From a virus (taxonomy: Duplodnaviria; Caudoviricetes): a stretch of 54,180 nucleotides of DNA. The position numbers were made by a program, and so were the translations under genes. The stretch lies in IMG/VR virus record IMGVR_UViG_3300047563_000085, positions 1 to 54,180 of that record. One strand, 5' to 3'. The notes beneath the pieces are model-generated. The model was not told where the DNA came from and searched no databases. It worked only from the letters and a program-made list of their open reading frames with translations. Shown piece by piece: positions 28,681 through 38,887 of the stretch; position 1 is the stretch's first letter, and each line of letters opens with the position of its first letter.

Positions 28681-29319
28681 ATGAGACAATCAATAACCGA
28701 GAATCTAAACTATTCTCAAGCACAACTCATCGTAGAAGCCGCTCAAACACCTGAATCCAACGGTCTAAAACCATTATACATGCAAGGTATATTCATCCAA
28801 GGTGGTGTCACAAACCACAATGGTCGAATATACCCTATAGAAGAAATTCGCAAAGCAGTTGATAAAATCAACGGTATTATCCAAGGCGGAGAAGATGTTC
28901 TAGGCGAATGTGACCACCCAGAAGAACTATCTACTGCTCTACGCAGAGTAAGCCACAATATCGTAAGAATGTGGATGGATGGTCCTAATGGTATGGGAAA
29001 ACTACGCATACTACCAACCCCAGACGGTCATATTATTCGAGCCCTGCTTGAATCTGGTATCCGCCTAGGCGTTTCTAGTCGTGGTCAAGGTGAAGTCGAT
29101 AGTCGTGGTTATGTATCAGATTTTGATATTGAAACCGTAGATATCGTAGGTAAGCCATCTGCACAAAAGGCATATCCAAAAGTTGTCCATGAAGCTAAAA
29201 ATAGCAAACGTGGCCCTATCGTAGAAGATCTAGCAGAAAACTATGAATTCGACGATAAAGCAAAACTTTATTTGAAGGCCGAACTTAAATCTTGGATAAA
29301 TAGTCTGAGTAAGAAATAA
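28681..29319 (+). CDS. gp21: Prohead protease
   Basis: LYMQGIFIQG...NGRIYP, LGECDHP, RVSH, LGVSSRG.G, TVDIVGKPSA..AYP. Confidence 0.95.
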   Translation: MRQSITENLNYSQAQLIVEAAQTPESNGLKPLYMQGIFIQGGVTNHNGRIYPIEEIRKAVDKINGIIQGGEDVLGECDHPEELSTALRRVSHNIVRMWMDGPNGMGKLRILPTPDGHIIRALLESGIRLGVSSRGQGEVDSRGYVSDFDIETVDIVGKPSAQKAYPKVVHEAKNSKRGPIVEDLAENYEFDDKAKLYLKAELKSWINSLSKK

Positions 29320-29336
29320 TCGAGGAATACGGAAAC

Positions 29337-30764
29337 ATGAATATTTTCACAAAATTACAAGAAGCCGGCATCCTCAGTGAGCAAGACCAACATGACCTTG
29401 AAGTAGAACTATCAAATGTCATAGCAGAATCAAAGGCAGCCGCCAAAGACCAAGTTCGTGCCGAATACGCCCTACGAATGAATTCAGAAAAGGCCGCCCT
29501 AGTAGAAGCACTGGACAAAAAGCTTACTGACGAAATCACCAGCGCCATAGCTAACACCCAAGCCGAACAAACTAAACTACAAGAATCTATTGCATATGAC
29601 GCCGCAAAACTTCAATATCTAACCGCATATTCAACAATTCGCGAAGATCAAACCAAAAAGTTTGCAGAAGTTGTAGAAGGTATCAAACAAAAATTTGATA
29701 ACACCCTTGTAGAAGAAATGGACGAACTTGCAACTGATAAGCAGAACCTAGTCAAATCCCGTAAGGCATTTGATTCTGCAATATCAGAAAGCCAAGAAAC
29801 CTATAAGACAAAACTAAAAGAACAAATGACTAAACTACGTCACTTTGTTATAGAAAATCTAGAACACGAAACCGACCAACTTTCTGCTCAACGCTCAAAG
29901 CTAATCGAACAAAAACGTGTAATGGCTAAGAAGTTTGTCGAACTAAAAGAGCACCAAGAACTAGTAATGGAAGCCAAGCTAAACAGCGTAGATCGATTCA
30001 TCACCGAATCACTAGCTCGCGAACTAGGCGAATTCCAAGAAGATCGCCAGGCTCTAATCGAAGCCCGAGTTCAATTTGCAGCTACTGCAAATAAGAAACT
30101 CAAAGAAACACAAACCAAGTTTGTAAAAGATTCAGCAGCCCAACTAAATTCCAAGATCTCCGGTTTCCTTCAACAAGAAATGGAAAGCCTCAAGGAAGAT
30201 ATTGCGATTGCCCGCGAAAATGAACTAGGTCGTAAGATTTACGAAGCCCTTGCTGGCGAAGTCAAAAAGAACTATGTATCCGATCATACTGAAGTTATTC
30301 AGCTAAAGCAATCACTTGCCGAAGCTAATCAAGCAGCAAACGAATACAAAGTCAAAATGATTTCTGCAAAGAAAGAAACCGAGCAAGCAATCAATAAGTC
30401 CAAGATGGTAATGGAATCTGCAAAACGTGAACAAAAAATAACTTCACTAACTGCCCCACTATCCGGAGAACGTAAACGTATCATGCGCGAAATGCTATCC
30501 TCAGTCAAGACTGAGAAACTAGACGAAGCATTTGATAAATATATCGTATCAGTAATCGGCACACCAGTTTCTAATCAAACAAATCAGTCAAAGAAGGTAA
30601 CTTCCGCCACTGTATTAGCAGAATCTGCACCAAAATTGATAAATACTAAGACAGTGGAAACTGGTAATCGCGTAGTTGCCCAACCAATTCCCACACCAAC
30701 CGAAATATTTGAAGATTTTGAACTACAAAATCTAGTCAAACTCTCCGGTATTAAATCCAAATAA
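29337..30764 (+). CDS. gp22: Prohead scaffold (core) protein
   Basis: Long coiled coil between protease and capsid genes; REN..GRKIYEA motif. Confidence 0.85.
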   Translation: MNIFTKLQEAGILSEQDQHDLEVELSNVIAESKAAAKDQVRAEYALRMNSEKAALVEALDKKLTDEITSAIANTQAEQTKLQESIAYDAAKLQYLTAYSTIREDQTKKFAEVVEGIKQKFDNTLVEEMDELATDKQNLVKSRKAFDSAISESQETYKTKLKEQMTKLRHFVIENLEHETDQLSAQRSKLIEQKRVMAKKFVELKEHQELVMEAKLNSVDRFITESLARELGEFQEDRQALIEARVQFAATANKKLKETQTKFVKDSAAQLNSKISGFLQQEMESLKEDIAIARENELGRKIYEALAGEVKKNYVSDHTEVIQLKQSLAEANQAANEYKVKMISAKKETEQAINKSKMVMESAKREQKITSLTAPLSGERKRIMREMLSSVKTEKLDEAFDKYIVSVIGTPVSNQTNQSKKVTSATVLAESAPKLINTKTVETGNRVVAQPIPTPTEIFEDFELQNLVKLSGIKSK

Positions 30765-30782
30765 TTTTTAGGAATTCATAAA

Positions 30783-31985
30783 ATGAAAAATCTTTTCGAA
30801 GCAAAATGGAACGAAGCTAAGACACTTCTAACCGAAGGTAAAGACCTTGTAACCAACCAAGACGGTTCATACAACGCTACCAAGAAATCTAACATGGCTA
30901 TCATGCTAGAAAACACCCGCCGTAATCTACTAAAGGAATCTGACGCCACTGTTACTCAGTCAAGCAACATTGATTCAATCAACAAGATTATTCTTCCTGT
31001 TATGCGTCGTGTCATGCCAACAGTTATCGCCAATGAAATCATGGGCGTTCAAGCTATGACTGGCCCAATCTCACAGATCAATACCTTCCGCGTCAAGTAT
31101 GCCGAAGCATTTGCTGGTGTTACTGCTGGTTCAGAAGCTCTATCACCTTACTCAATCGCTAAGGCTTACACCGGTAACGGTGACATTCTAGCCCCAGGTG
31201 CTGCCGCTACTTCAGTCCTAGAAGGTACTCTAGGTAAGCGTCTATCCGCCGAAATGGTTCGTACAACTGTTACCGCCAAGTCACGTAAGCTAGGCGCTCG
31301 TTGGACTATCGAATCAGCACAAGATGCCAAGAACGAATATGGTGTCGATATCGAAAGCGAACTTCTAAACATGATCGCTTCAGAAATGGTAGCTGAAATT
31401 GACCAAGAAATGCTAGGTAACCTACGCGGTATCGCTGGTACCCCAACCATGACTTTCGACATGAGTGCAGTAACTGGTTCACCAACTTTCGTTGGTGATG
31501 TCCATGCCTCACTAGCTACTATGGTAAACTACGGTGCTAACCAAATCGCTTCACGCACTCGTCGTCAAGCTGGTAACTGGATTGTTCTAAGCCCAACCGC
31601 GCTAACTATCCTACAATCAGCCAAGACTTCAGGTTTTGCTCGCACTACCGAAGGCACCTTTGAAGCCCCAGTAAACACCAAGTTCGTCGGTGTTCTAAAC
31701 GGCGCTCAGAAGGTTTATGTTGACCAATATGCTGATGCTGCTACCCCAGTTCTAGTCGGTCTAAAGGCAAGTGATAGCGAAGCCGCCGCTTACTACTGCC
31801 CATATATCCCACTACAGTCAACTGGTACCATGACTGATCCAAATACTGGTGAACTAGTTGCTGGTTTCATGACCCGTTATGGCTATGTCGCCCTAACTGC
31901 TGATCCTGCCAACAAGTCATTCCAAAACTCGAAGGATTTTCTCTATAGTCTGGGAATAGATGCAACTAAGCTAGTTTGGATGTAA
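30783..31985 (+). CDS. gp23: Major capsid protein
   Basis: LPVMRRVMP..IANEIMGVQAMTGP, AKSRKLGARWTIESAQD, EIDQE, YYCPYIPL, FMTRYG. Confidence 0.97.
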   Translation: MKNLFEAKWNEAKTLLTEGKDLVTNQDGSYNATKKSNMAIMLENTRRNLLKESDATVTQSSNIDSINKIILPVMRRVMPTVIANEIMGVQAMTGPISQINTFRVKYAEAFAGVTAGSEALSPYSIAKAYTGNGDILAPGAAATSVLEGTLGKRLSAEMVRTTVTAKSRKLGARWTIESAQDAKNEYGVDIESELLNMIASEMVAEIDQEMLGNLRGIAGTPTMTFDMSAVTGSPTFVGDVHASLATMVNYGANQIASRTRRQAGNWIVLSPTALTILQSAKTSGFARTTEGTFEAPVNTKFVGVLNGAQKVYVDQYADAATPVLVGLKASDSEAAAYYCPYIPLQSTGTMTDPNTGELVAGFMTRYGYVALTADPANKSFQNSKDFLYSLGIDATKLVWM

Positions 31986-32086
31986 ATTAGCAGAACTTAG
32001 ACGATTATAGCGTATATTACAAAAGTTGGTATAACAATACCAACTTTTTAAGTAATAACACATAATACCTCTTTTTTACTGAAATT

Positions 32087-32127
32087 AAAAAAGCTCCTAA
32101 GAACTTTAAGTTCTTAGGAGCTTTTTT
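32087..32127. terminator. Terminator after the capsid gene (20-bp arms, 1-nt centre)
   Basis: AAAAAAGCTCCTAAGAACTT-T-AAGTTCTTAGGAGCTTTTTT; a second hairpin lies near 32021-32048. Confidence 0.85.
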
Positions 32128-32210
32128 ATTGTCTGGTAAATAGTTCATCGTCATCGAAATTACCACATTTAATTGACGAAAAATCTAACCCTAACCTAAC
32201 AGTGATATTT

Positions 32211-33011
32211 ATGAAAATCAAAAACTTAAACGAAGAAAAATCAGAAGCAGCTAGAGAAATTGCAAATGGAAAATCTGGCTATGCCTATGCCAAATTCATG
32301 AACTGGATATATTCTGAAGCACTGAATGGTCTATATACATTACAACAAATAAACGAATCATTAGGTGTGGAAGATTTCTATGATCATTATTCTACTTTTG
32401 ATTTAAATCAAAACACAATACCCTCATCGGAATTATTTCAAGCCTACAAGTCAAGATGTAAGCTGGTTGAAAGAGTAGCTAATATTGGAGTCCAGCCAGA
32501 GCAAATAGTATTTGATGAGTCAAGAGATAGACTAATCCATACCTTTAACCATGTGGATGTCTATGCTGGGAATGTTTTCGATAACACTATGTCGTATTTT
32601 ATTTTCCCATCCAATGACACTTCTAAAGTGGCTATTGCATTTTTGAATATTGATATGACCGAATCCGAGTTTTGTGGAAAATCCGCACATCGGGTTAAGG
32701 GAGTTTGGATAGATAATATATATCGCGGAAAAGGATATGCGGCGATGTTATATCAGACGCCAACCAGAATACAGAATATTCCATTGGTTTGTGATAATTG
32801 GCTATCTTCGGATGGTGTGGTGAATTTACAACGTTTAACAAAGATGGGAATATTCGATGTTTCTTATTATGACAAAATAACAAATTCATTGTCAGATCAA
32901 CCACCAGATGATATTTGGACAACAAAAGAAAATCCATACCGGATTATACTGGAATCGTATGAAGATGATAATCGGGTTGATGTTTATTTTAATTCTACTG
33001 TTTTTTCTTAA
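32211..33011 (+). CDS. Putative GNAT-fold protein, late
   Basis: VKGVWIDNIYRGKGYAAMLY; L..D..LS.DG; TAAATA at 32137. Confidence 0.6.
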   Translation: MKIKNLNEEKSEAAREIANGKSGYAYAKFMNWIYSEALNGLYTLQQINESLGVEDFYDHYSTFDLNQNTIPSSELFQAYKSRCKLVERVANIGVQPEQIVFDESRDRLIHTFNHVDVYAGNVFDNTMSYFIFPSNDTSKVAIAFLNIDMTESEFCGKSAHRVKGVWIDNIYRGKGYAAMLYQTPTRIQNIPLVCDNWLSSDGVVNLQRLTKMGIFDVSYYDKITNSLSDQPPDDIWTTKENPYRIILESYEDDNRVDVYFNSTVFS

Positions 33012-33012
33012 T

Positions 33013-33111
33013 AGTTTTGACATAAAAGCAAAAACTCTTATAATTCACTTAACAAATCAACAAACCCTTTTAACCTATAAGGACTAATAAAATTATGACT
33101 GAACAAGTTAC
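33013..33111 (+). repeat. ~100-bp promoter/RBS/start cassette, copy 1
   Basis: TTGACA-16-TATAAT, AAGGA RBS, ATGACTGAACAAGTTAC; near-identical to 47358-47457. Confidence 0.9.
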
Positions 33112-33520
33112 ACCACTAGAACAACAACCTACCGAAGTTGCACAAATAGCACAACCTGAAGAAGTAGTTGATAGACAACGCACCTCTTATGAACAATATA
33201 TTTCAGATATGGAAATTGGAATGCCAAATCCTCGTCTATATAACAATGGAAAACTGCCATTTAATAGATTTCAATTTGCATTTATTAAAGATTTTGTAAA
33301 TTGTGTACTAAACATTTCTTCGGATCAAACAATCGCGGTACCATATACATATATTGATAAGATTTCAAAAATGAATATTCCGAGGAATGAGCACCATCAT
33401 ATGAATGGGCTTAGGCGGTTAGCCGAAAATTTAGATAAACGTTACCCATCTTATAATTTTGCTGGGGTAGTGAGCGCCATATCGCAAATTGATGTTTCTA
33501 AAAAACATATTTTGAAATGA
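33095..33520 (+). CDS. Hypothetical protein (MTEQVT start)
   Basis: Strong promoter and RBS. Confidence 0.8.
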   Translation: MTEQVTPLEQQPTEVAQIAQPEEVVDRQRTSYEQYISDMEIGMPNPRLYNNGKLPFNRFQFAFIKDFVNCVLNISSDQTIAVPYTYIDKISKMNIPRNEHHHMNGLRRLAENLDKRYPSYNFAGVVSAISQIDVSKKHILK

Positions 33521-33872
33521 TGGCATATATCCAAGATATAGTTAAAGAAAACGAATCAAAAGCTGTGCTATTTTACAAACGTCTGAAAATGTTTTCAGAC
33601 ATAGTAACCGCAGACAATACAGATATGCTAGACAATATATTTGTATATAACTCTTCGGCTACTTTAGAAGATACCGCACCAGTAAAAACTTCTATATTTG
33701 ATTTCTAAAATATGGAAGAAGATCGCAACATATACTACCTCTAAATGTTGGTAGTGCAACTGAAAACGAAGCATTAGAGATTATTGAAGATTTTAGACAC
33801 AGAGTTCATCTACTTTCTATATTAAAAAAGAAAGATGATGGTTCTGACGATAGCATTTCTTCTGCTGAATAA
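33517..33872 (+). pseudogene. Hypothetical gene with apparent frameshift near 33703
   Basis: ORF stops at 33708; shifted frame LKYGRRSQHILPLNVG...SSAE* runs to the terminator. Confidence 0.55.
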
Positions 33873-33876
33873 TTGA

Positions 33877-33906
33877 AAAACCCACAACAGTTGTTGTGGG
33901 TTTTTT
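33877..33906. terminator. Intrinsic terminator
   Basis: AAAAACCCACAACA-GT-TGTTGTGGGTTTTT. Confidence 0.8.
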
Positions 33907-34026
33907 CGTTTAAAATAGAATACGTTCATAACAAATATACAATATCATAATACGAGATGTATGGTTTGTATTTTCATTTCATTATATCATCAGTACCTAA
34001 GCACCGGGGTCATTCCGTATTATTGT

Positions 34027-34845
34027 TTATTGTGGAACCACATATATTTTTCCAACCATTTGGTTGAAAATTTTGTCCATTCCTTTATTAATAGTATATT
34101 GTAAGTCCTCTTTTAGCATCTTGGCGTCATGTTCGCTAATTTTATTATCACCACCTACAAAACCGGATATATCTGATACCTTTGCGTGTCCATACCAAAT
34201 CCAAGTAGCCACCAATTCTGCTATGAATTCATCTTCGTTTGGGATCTTATTATTTCTACCAGAAGATGCGTCCACCAATTTGTTATATATTGATATTGTG
34301 GTTTCATAAGAAAATTTGTACATCGGTAACCAATCGCTTATAGTTGTTAATATAGATGTAGACAAATTATAGTAATCTTCCATATCAGCATGCTCACTTA
34401 ACATATGTGCTATTTTATGAGCTAACACCCAACCTGTTAGGGGAATGGCTTTTGTAGAACCGACAAAACCATTAACATCCCGGTTGCCACTAAAAATAAA
34501 AGATATTTCTCGTTTATTAGATTTTATATCAGACAAGAGTAATTTATACTGTTGAATTATTTCTGGCTTTTTATTGCTGTACATTTTTATTTGCTTATCG
34601 AGATCACCATATGATATTCTCCCACCAGCAAACATCGAATGTGCGACAAAATAACAACCAATATTTTGTTTTGTGTTCTTGAATACATTGCCTGTTCGTA
34701 TTGGGTGTTTTTCTGATTGAATAAGCTCTTTATCTTTCTTATTAGGAAACGCAGAAAATAAACTATTATTTTCAAAATCACCATATCTACCATAATTGGT
34801 CATTGCCATTTCATTGATGGCTTGTATTAAATCTTTTAATTTCAT
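34027..34845 (-). CDS. Hypothetical late protein, paralog of 35869..36717
   Basis: PLTGWVLAHKIAH and EFIAELVATWI motifs; minus-strand TAAATA at 34875-34880. Confidence 0.8.
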   Translation of the reverse strand: MKLKDLIQAINEMAMTNYGRYGDFENNSLFSAFPNKKDKELIQSEKHPIRTGNVFKNTKQNIGCYFVAHSMFAGGRISYGDLDKQIKMYSNKKPEIIQQYKLLLSDIKSNKREISFIFSGNRDVNGFVGSTKAIPLTGWVLAHKIAHMLSEHADMEDYYNLSTSILTTISDWLPMYKFSYETTISIYNKLVDASSGRNNKIPNEDEFIAELVATWIWYGHAKVSDISGFVGGDNKISEHDAKMLKEDLQYTINKGMDKIFNQMVGKIYVVPQ

Positions 34846-34931
34846 GAGTAAGATTATCCTATAACGCTATGACATATTTATTGAATCAAGGTATCAAACT
34901 AAATAAAAATATCAATAGGAGCGTAGTAATC

Positions 34932-35390
34932 ATGAGACTGTACGAATTCACAAGAACTATTTTATTTCATGGGTCTGGATATTTGAACAAAACACTACAA
35001 CCTGGTTTTAATTACACAGGTGAACTAGTACAATGGGACAAAACAGAAAGCAATAAATTTTTATACCTATCCCGTGATGAAAATGAAGCCGTACTAAACG
35101 GACTTTGTGGAGCATTATCTATAAATCATGACATAGACCAGTTCTCGTTTTCAGATGATGATAATATATTGAAGATAACCACGCCAGATTCTTCCCTCAC
35201 TGCAGATATGGTATATTCTTCCAAGGTATGGCTATATAGAATATTAAAAACCAAAGACATAAAAATAGTCGGAAATGATTATAATGGTTCCACAACAGAA
35301 TATAAAACCGATAAGGTAATAAATTACATAGACGTGGTGTTGGTTAAAGATCCGACTTGTGGTAAAGAACTAAAGATAATATATAAATGA
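34932..35390 (+). CDS. Hypothetical late protein, possible ADP-ribosyltransferase-like fold
   Basis: LFHGS...FLYLS pattern (weak); MRLYEF leader; TAAATA at 34900. Confidence 0.55.
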   Translation: MRLYEFTRTILFHGSGYLNKTLQPGFNYTGELVQWDKTESNKFLYLSRDENEAVLNGLCGALSINHDIDQFSFSDDDNILKITTPDSSLTADMVYSSKVWLYRILKTKDIKIVGNDYNGSTTEYKTDKVINYIDVVLVKDPTCGKELKIIYK

Positions 35391-35424
35391 AAAAAGCCCT
35401 TAAACATATGTTTAAGGGCTTTTT
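35391..35424. terminator. Bidirectional terminator (perfect palindrome)
   Basis: AAAAAGCCCTTAAACAT|ATGTTTAAGGGCTTTTT. Confidence 0.85.
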
Positions 35425-35425
35425 G

Positions 35426-35746
35426 TTATTCTACTATGAACTGTGCCAATTCGGTAACGGTCATAGATCTTATTCGGTCCAATGTAAAATATGTAGAATC
35501 GGCTTCTCGTTTTGCGTTTTCTGCAAATCGTGCTTTGTCTATTTCCGCAAACCTTTCGGCTTGGCTTTCTATATTCCAATCGCGCAAGCTGGAATGGCTA
35601 CTCAGTAATTGTCGAATTGCTTCATTCAGTGTCATTTCGGCATCGTCTCTTTTAAGTAGGGCACTCATATATTTTATGATTTGCACTTTTGGATCGTGAT
35701 GTTCTGAAATTATTTGGTTTAGTATGTCTTTTGTTTCTGTGGTCAT
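35426..35746 (-). CDS. Hypothetical protein
   Basis: 106-aa helical-looking ORF ending at the shared terminator. Confidence 0.7.
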   Translation of the reverse strand: MTTETKDILNQIISEHHDPKVQIIKYMSALLKRDDAEMTLNEAIRQLLSSHSSLRDWNIESQAERFAEIDKARFAENAKREADSTYFTLDRIRSMTVTELAQFIVE

Positions 35747-35868
35747 AATATTGTAAAGGTAGTTGAAAGATAATATCTTCTCACGCCTATGCTACTTTGT
35801 AAATATTTATGGTTGCTTCTGGTTGATAATTCTAAATAAACGATTACAGATAATACGTGGGAATTATT

Positions 35869-36717
35869 ATGAGATTAAAAGATATACTACAAGAAATGAA
35901 AGCCATTCAATCAATGCAAGAGATGGCATTGAAGAACACAGGTCTGGTAGGAGATTTCACAAAAGATGGGTCATTTAAAGGACCAGACCGAAAGATTCAT
36001 CTTGGGAAGAATAGAGTATCACAACTACAGAACTTCTTCAAGAATACAGAGATCGACTTCAATATTGTGTTTTTCAATTCTCCTATATATAGTGGATACT
36101 CCGGATTGTGTTTTTCAACAGAACAAGACCTTATTGATTTTCTCAAATATCGCATGCGCGCATCGGATGATGAAGTTTTTAAAACTATAAATTCATTTTC
36201 CACTGGTGAGATCAATATGTTAGTAACAAACAACGAAGGGAATTTATCGGTTCCATTATCTCCATGGATTGTTGCCCACAGAATTTCGCATGCCCTTTCG
36301 ACTGAATATACTGAGTATGAATACAATTTCAAAGATGTATTTGTGAAGACTATTATTGAAATGATGAATGCGGTATTTGACTCGAACCAGACAGATTACC
36401 AATTGGCTATAGATGATAGCAATGCAGTATGGTATCACCATGCCGCGCATACATTTGGAACAATGCGTTCAGCTACAACCAAAAAGATTGTAGAAGGTGG
36501 TGGGTCAGAATTCTTTCATGAATTGTTTGCACAATACATATACAATGGTAAAGTTATTTTCAAACATTCTGGGTTCTCAGATATAAATGATGGAATATTC
36601 GATCTAAAAGTAAAAGATAACATCGATGACGCCGTATTGATAAATGCTGAACATACTATCGCACATATGTTCAAAGAAGCATTAGTAGAAGCCAAAGGAA
36701 ATTATTATGTATTATGA
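35869..36717 (+). CDS. Hypothetical late protein, paralog of 34027..34845
   Basis: PLSPWIVAHRISH and EFFHELFAQYI motifs; TAAATA at 35833. Confidence 0.8.
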   Translation: MRLKDILQEMKAIQSMQEMALKNTGLVGDFTKDGSFKGPDRKIHLGKNRVSQLQNFFKNTEIDFNIVFFNSPIYSGYSGLCFSTEQDLIDFLKYRMRASDDEVFKTINSFSTGEINMLVTNNEGNLSVPLSPWIVAHRISHALSTEYTEYEYNFKDVFVKTIIEMMNAVFDSNQTDYQLAIDDSNAVWYHHAAHTFGTMRSATTKKIVEGGGSEFFHELFAQYIYNGKVIFKHSGFSDINDGIFDLKVKDNIDDAVLINAEHTIAHMFKEALVEAKGNYYVL

Positions 36718-37479
36718 AACCCTAAATGAACTAACTGGATATAGACAATTTGAAGAATTAACTCTTCAGCAATACCTACAAAACTTAGTAGATAAACACA
36801 AAATCAAAATAGCCAAGGGGAATTTTTCTGTAGTCCTTATACCAGAAGATAAGCCATATTTTATAAAATATGGTCCAACGACAAAGGTTTCGATACATGG
36901 ATAGACTATTGTTCTAAGAATCAAGGGAAATATTCATTCATACCTAAAATATATGGTAAAGTAAAAACACTACCACACTTGTTTATTCGTGGGGATGAAT
37001 ATCGAGATACAATACTAAAGATAGCAAAAATAGAAAAATTAAATTATTGTTTATCTATGGAAGTAGATTATCATGTCATTGGTACAACCGAAATAAGAAC
37101 CGCAGATTTTGTTTATTGTTTTCGCAATAAATTAAATAAAGACAATATCGATTTGGATAACGGCGATGTCAACTTAAAAGAGATGTTTGAATATGCTCCT
37201 AAAATTTTACATAGTCTTAAGAGAACTAGTGGATGCTCTTATGATATAAAACTTGATAATTTCTCTATGAGAAATAATGGAGATGTTGTTATTACTGATC
37301 CGTTTTGGCATATGGACTTCAACCCAGAATTCACAATGCCAGGAATGATGGATAACATTGATTTTATTAGTGGGAATGGTGATAACAAACCACAACCAAA
37401 ATCAAAATTGGTAGTTGGTAAAAGTGGAAAGACACACACTGGGTCTAATCAACAAGCCCTATCAAACATTATCTTATAA
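36707..37479 (+). pseudogene. Ser/Thr protein-kinase-like gene split by an apparent frameshift near 36865
   Basis: IAKGNFSVV...YFIK in one frame; IWSNDKGFDTWIDYC...IPKIYGK...IEKL...YDIKLDNFSMR...VITDPF in the -1 frame. Confidence 0.65.
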
Positions 37480-37972
37480 TTGGAAAAAATATGTAGATAG
37501 TAATTATACGGACAATATAATATCCAATGCATATTCTAGAACCGAAGCTCATAATTTTGTGGAATCTGTTATAGATTACTTTGATAATAAAATCACCATA
37601 GATTTCAATGATAAACTATATAAGTCTTTACAAAGTTATTTGTTACATATATTGCGCAGGTGCCCAGATGCGTTTAGTAAACTAATGAACAAATATTATG
37701 GGCCTTTCCCCAAAATATTGACAACCATTAACTTAAGTTCATATTCATTGGATACAGTAGATATGCTGTTAACCCGGTTTATTACAAAGTTTGCTCCATT
37801 ATTAGAGATAGACGAACTATTGACAGAATTAGATATATACACGTATGCACTATACGCTGAAGACAAAAATCATTGCGAAGAGTATATCAAGCAATATGTA
37901 GAAATTCTAACAACAGATTCTTCATGGAAAAATAAACCACAATCTTTGGAAATAGACAAAATAAAAAGATAA
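37415..37972 (+). CDS. Hypothetical protein (start uncertain; may continue the kinase gene)
   Basis: 185-codon open frame overlapping the kinase 3' end, no clear RBS. Confidence 0.55.
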   Translation: MVKVERHTLGLINKPYQTLSYNWKKYVDSNYTDNIISNAYSRTEAHNFVESVIDYFDNKITIDFNDKLYKSLQSYLLHILRRCPDAFSKLMNKYYGPFPKILTTINLSSYSLDTVDMLLTRFITKFAPLLEIDELLTELDIYTYALYAEDKNHCEEYIKQYVEILTTDSSWKNKPQSLEIDKIKR

Positions 37973-38000
37973 TAAATAATACAATTAATGGAGTATTGTA

Positions 38001-38804
38001 ATGACACCTAAACAAACAATCAAACTTCTTGAAACAGAATTCAAGAACAAAGTAGATATAGTAACCTCACCAACTTTTAAAGATAAGTCGGTTGAAGACA
38101 AAATTGCAGAATTGGCAAAGATGTACAAAGCTGGTCAAAATATTCAGCGAATGCTAAATGATGGCAAGGGGCTTACCACAGACGAAATTAAACAATATCG
38201 TGGCCGTGTTCTAACTGGTTTTAAGAAACTAAAGGCAATAATCAATTCTATTTCATCAGAACTATCAGCAGAAGAAGATGCAGTTTCTATGGTTAAAGCT
38301 AAAGCATCAAGCCCAGTTTCTGAATCAGTAGAAACTTCAAGATCGATCATTGCTGGTAATGAGAAAACTGCTAAAGAATTGGTGGATAATTTCGGAAGAA
38401 TGTTTGATGCTGCATCCGATGATGAGTTATACCGATCAGGCCCAAGAATAACTATCAAAGATGTTGTAGAAAAAATACAAAATATCAACATGACTGGCGA
38501 TAGGACATATGGTCTTACTCAAACATATGATTATGAGGATCTAGTCGAATTATCTCTATTGGATTGGGGAATCGATATTTCTAAACCAAAGGATCTCGAA
38601 GCAAAAATTCTATCTGATCTCAATGGTGAATATGGGCGAGGAGAACCTAAATTTATGGATTCAGATACTTTACATAAATGCTGGCGCTGTTTCCCGACTA
38701 TGGCCGATAATTGCGAACAAGTTCTGGCTTATGTTAAGAAAGAAAAAATAAAATCTAGAAGCCATCCATCATCATTATATTATCGTGGCCCAAAAGTCTC
38801 GTAA
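38001..38804 (+). CDS. Hypothetical late protein; N-domain shared with 40212..41399
   Basis: KS..DK...L..M.KAG and R.L.GFK.L motifs shared; TAAATA at 37973 and GGAG RBS. Confidence 0.8.
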   Translation: MTPKQTIKLLETEFKNKVDIVTSPTFKDKSVEDKIAELAKMYKAGQNIQRMLNDGKGLTTDEIKQYRGRVLTGFKKLKAIINSISSELSAEEDAVSMVKAKASSPVSESVETSRSIIAGNEKTAKELVDNFGRMFDAASDDELYRSGPRITIKDVVEKIQNINMTGDRTYGLTQTYDYEDLVELSLLDWGIDISKPKDLEAKILSDLNGEYGRGEPKFMDSDTLHKCWRCFPTMADNCEQVLAYVKKEKIKSRSHPSSLYYRGPKVS

Positions 38805-38887
38805 TCCAAAGAGAATTATGTAAAGTCTTATAAGACAGAATTCACCGGTCCAGATGGAATCCAGAGTGAGCGTATTCAAAACTTTAC

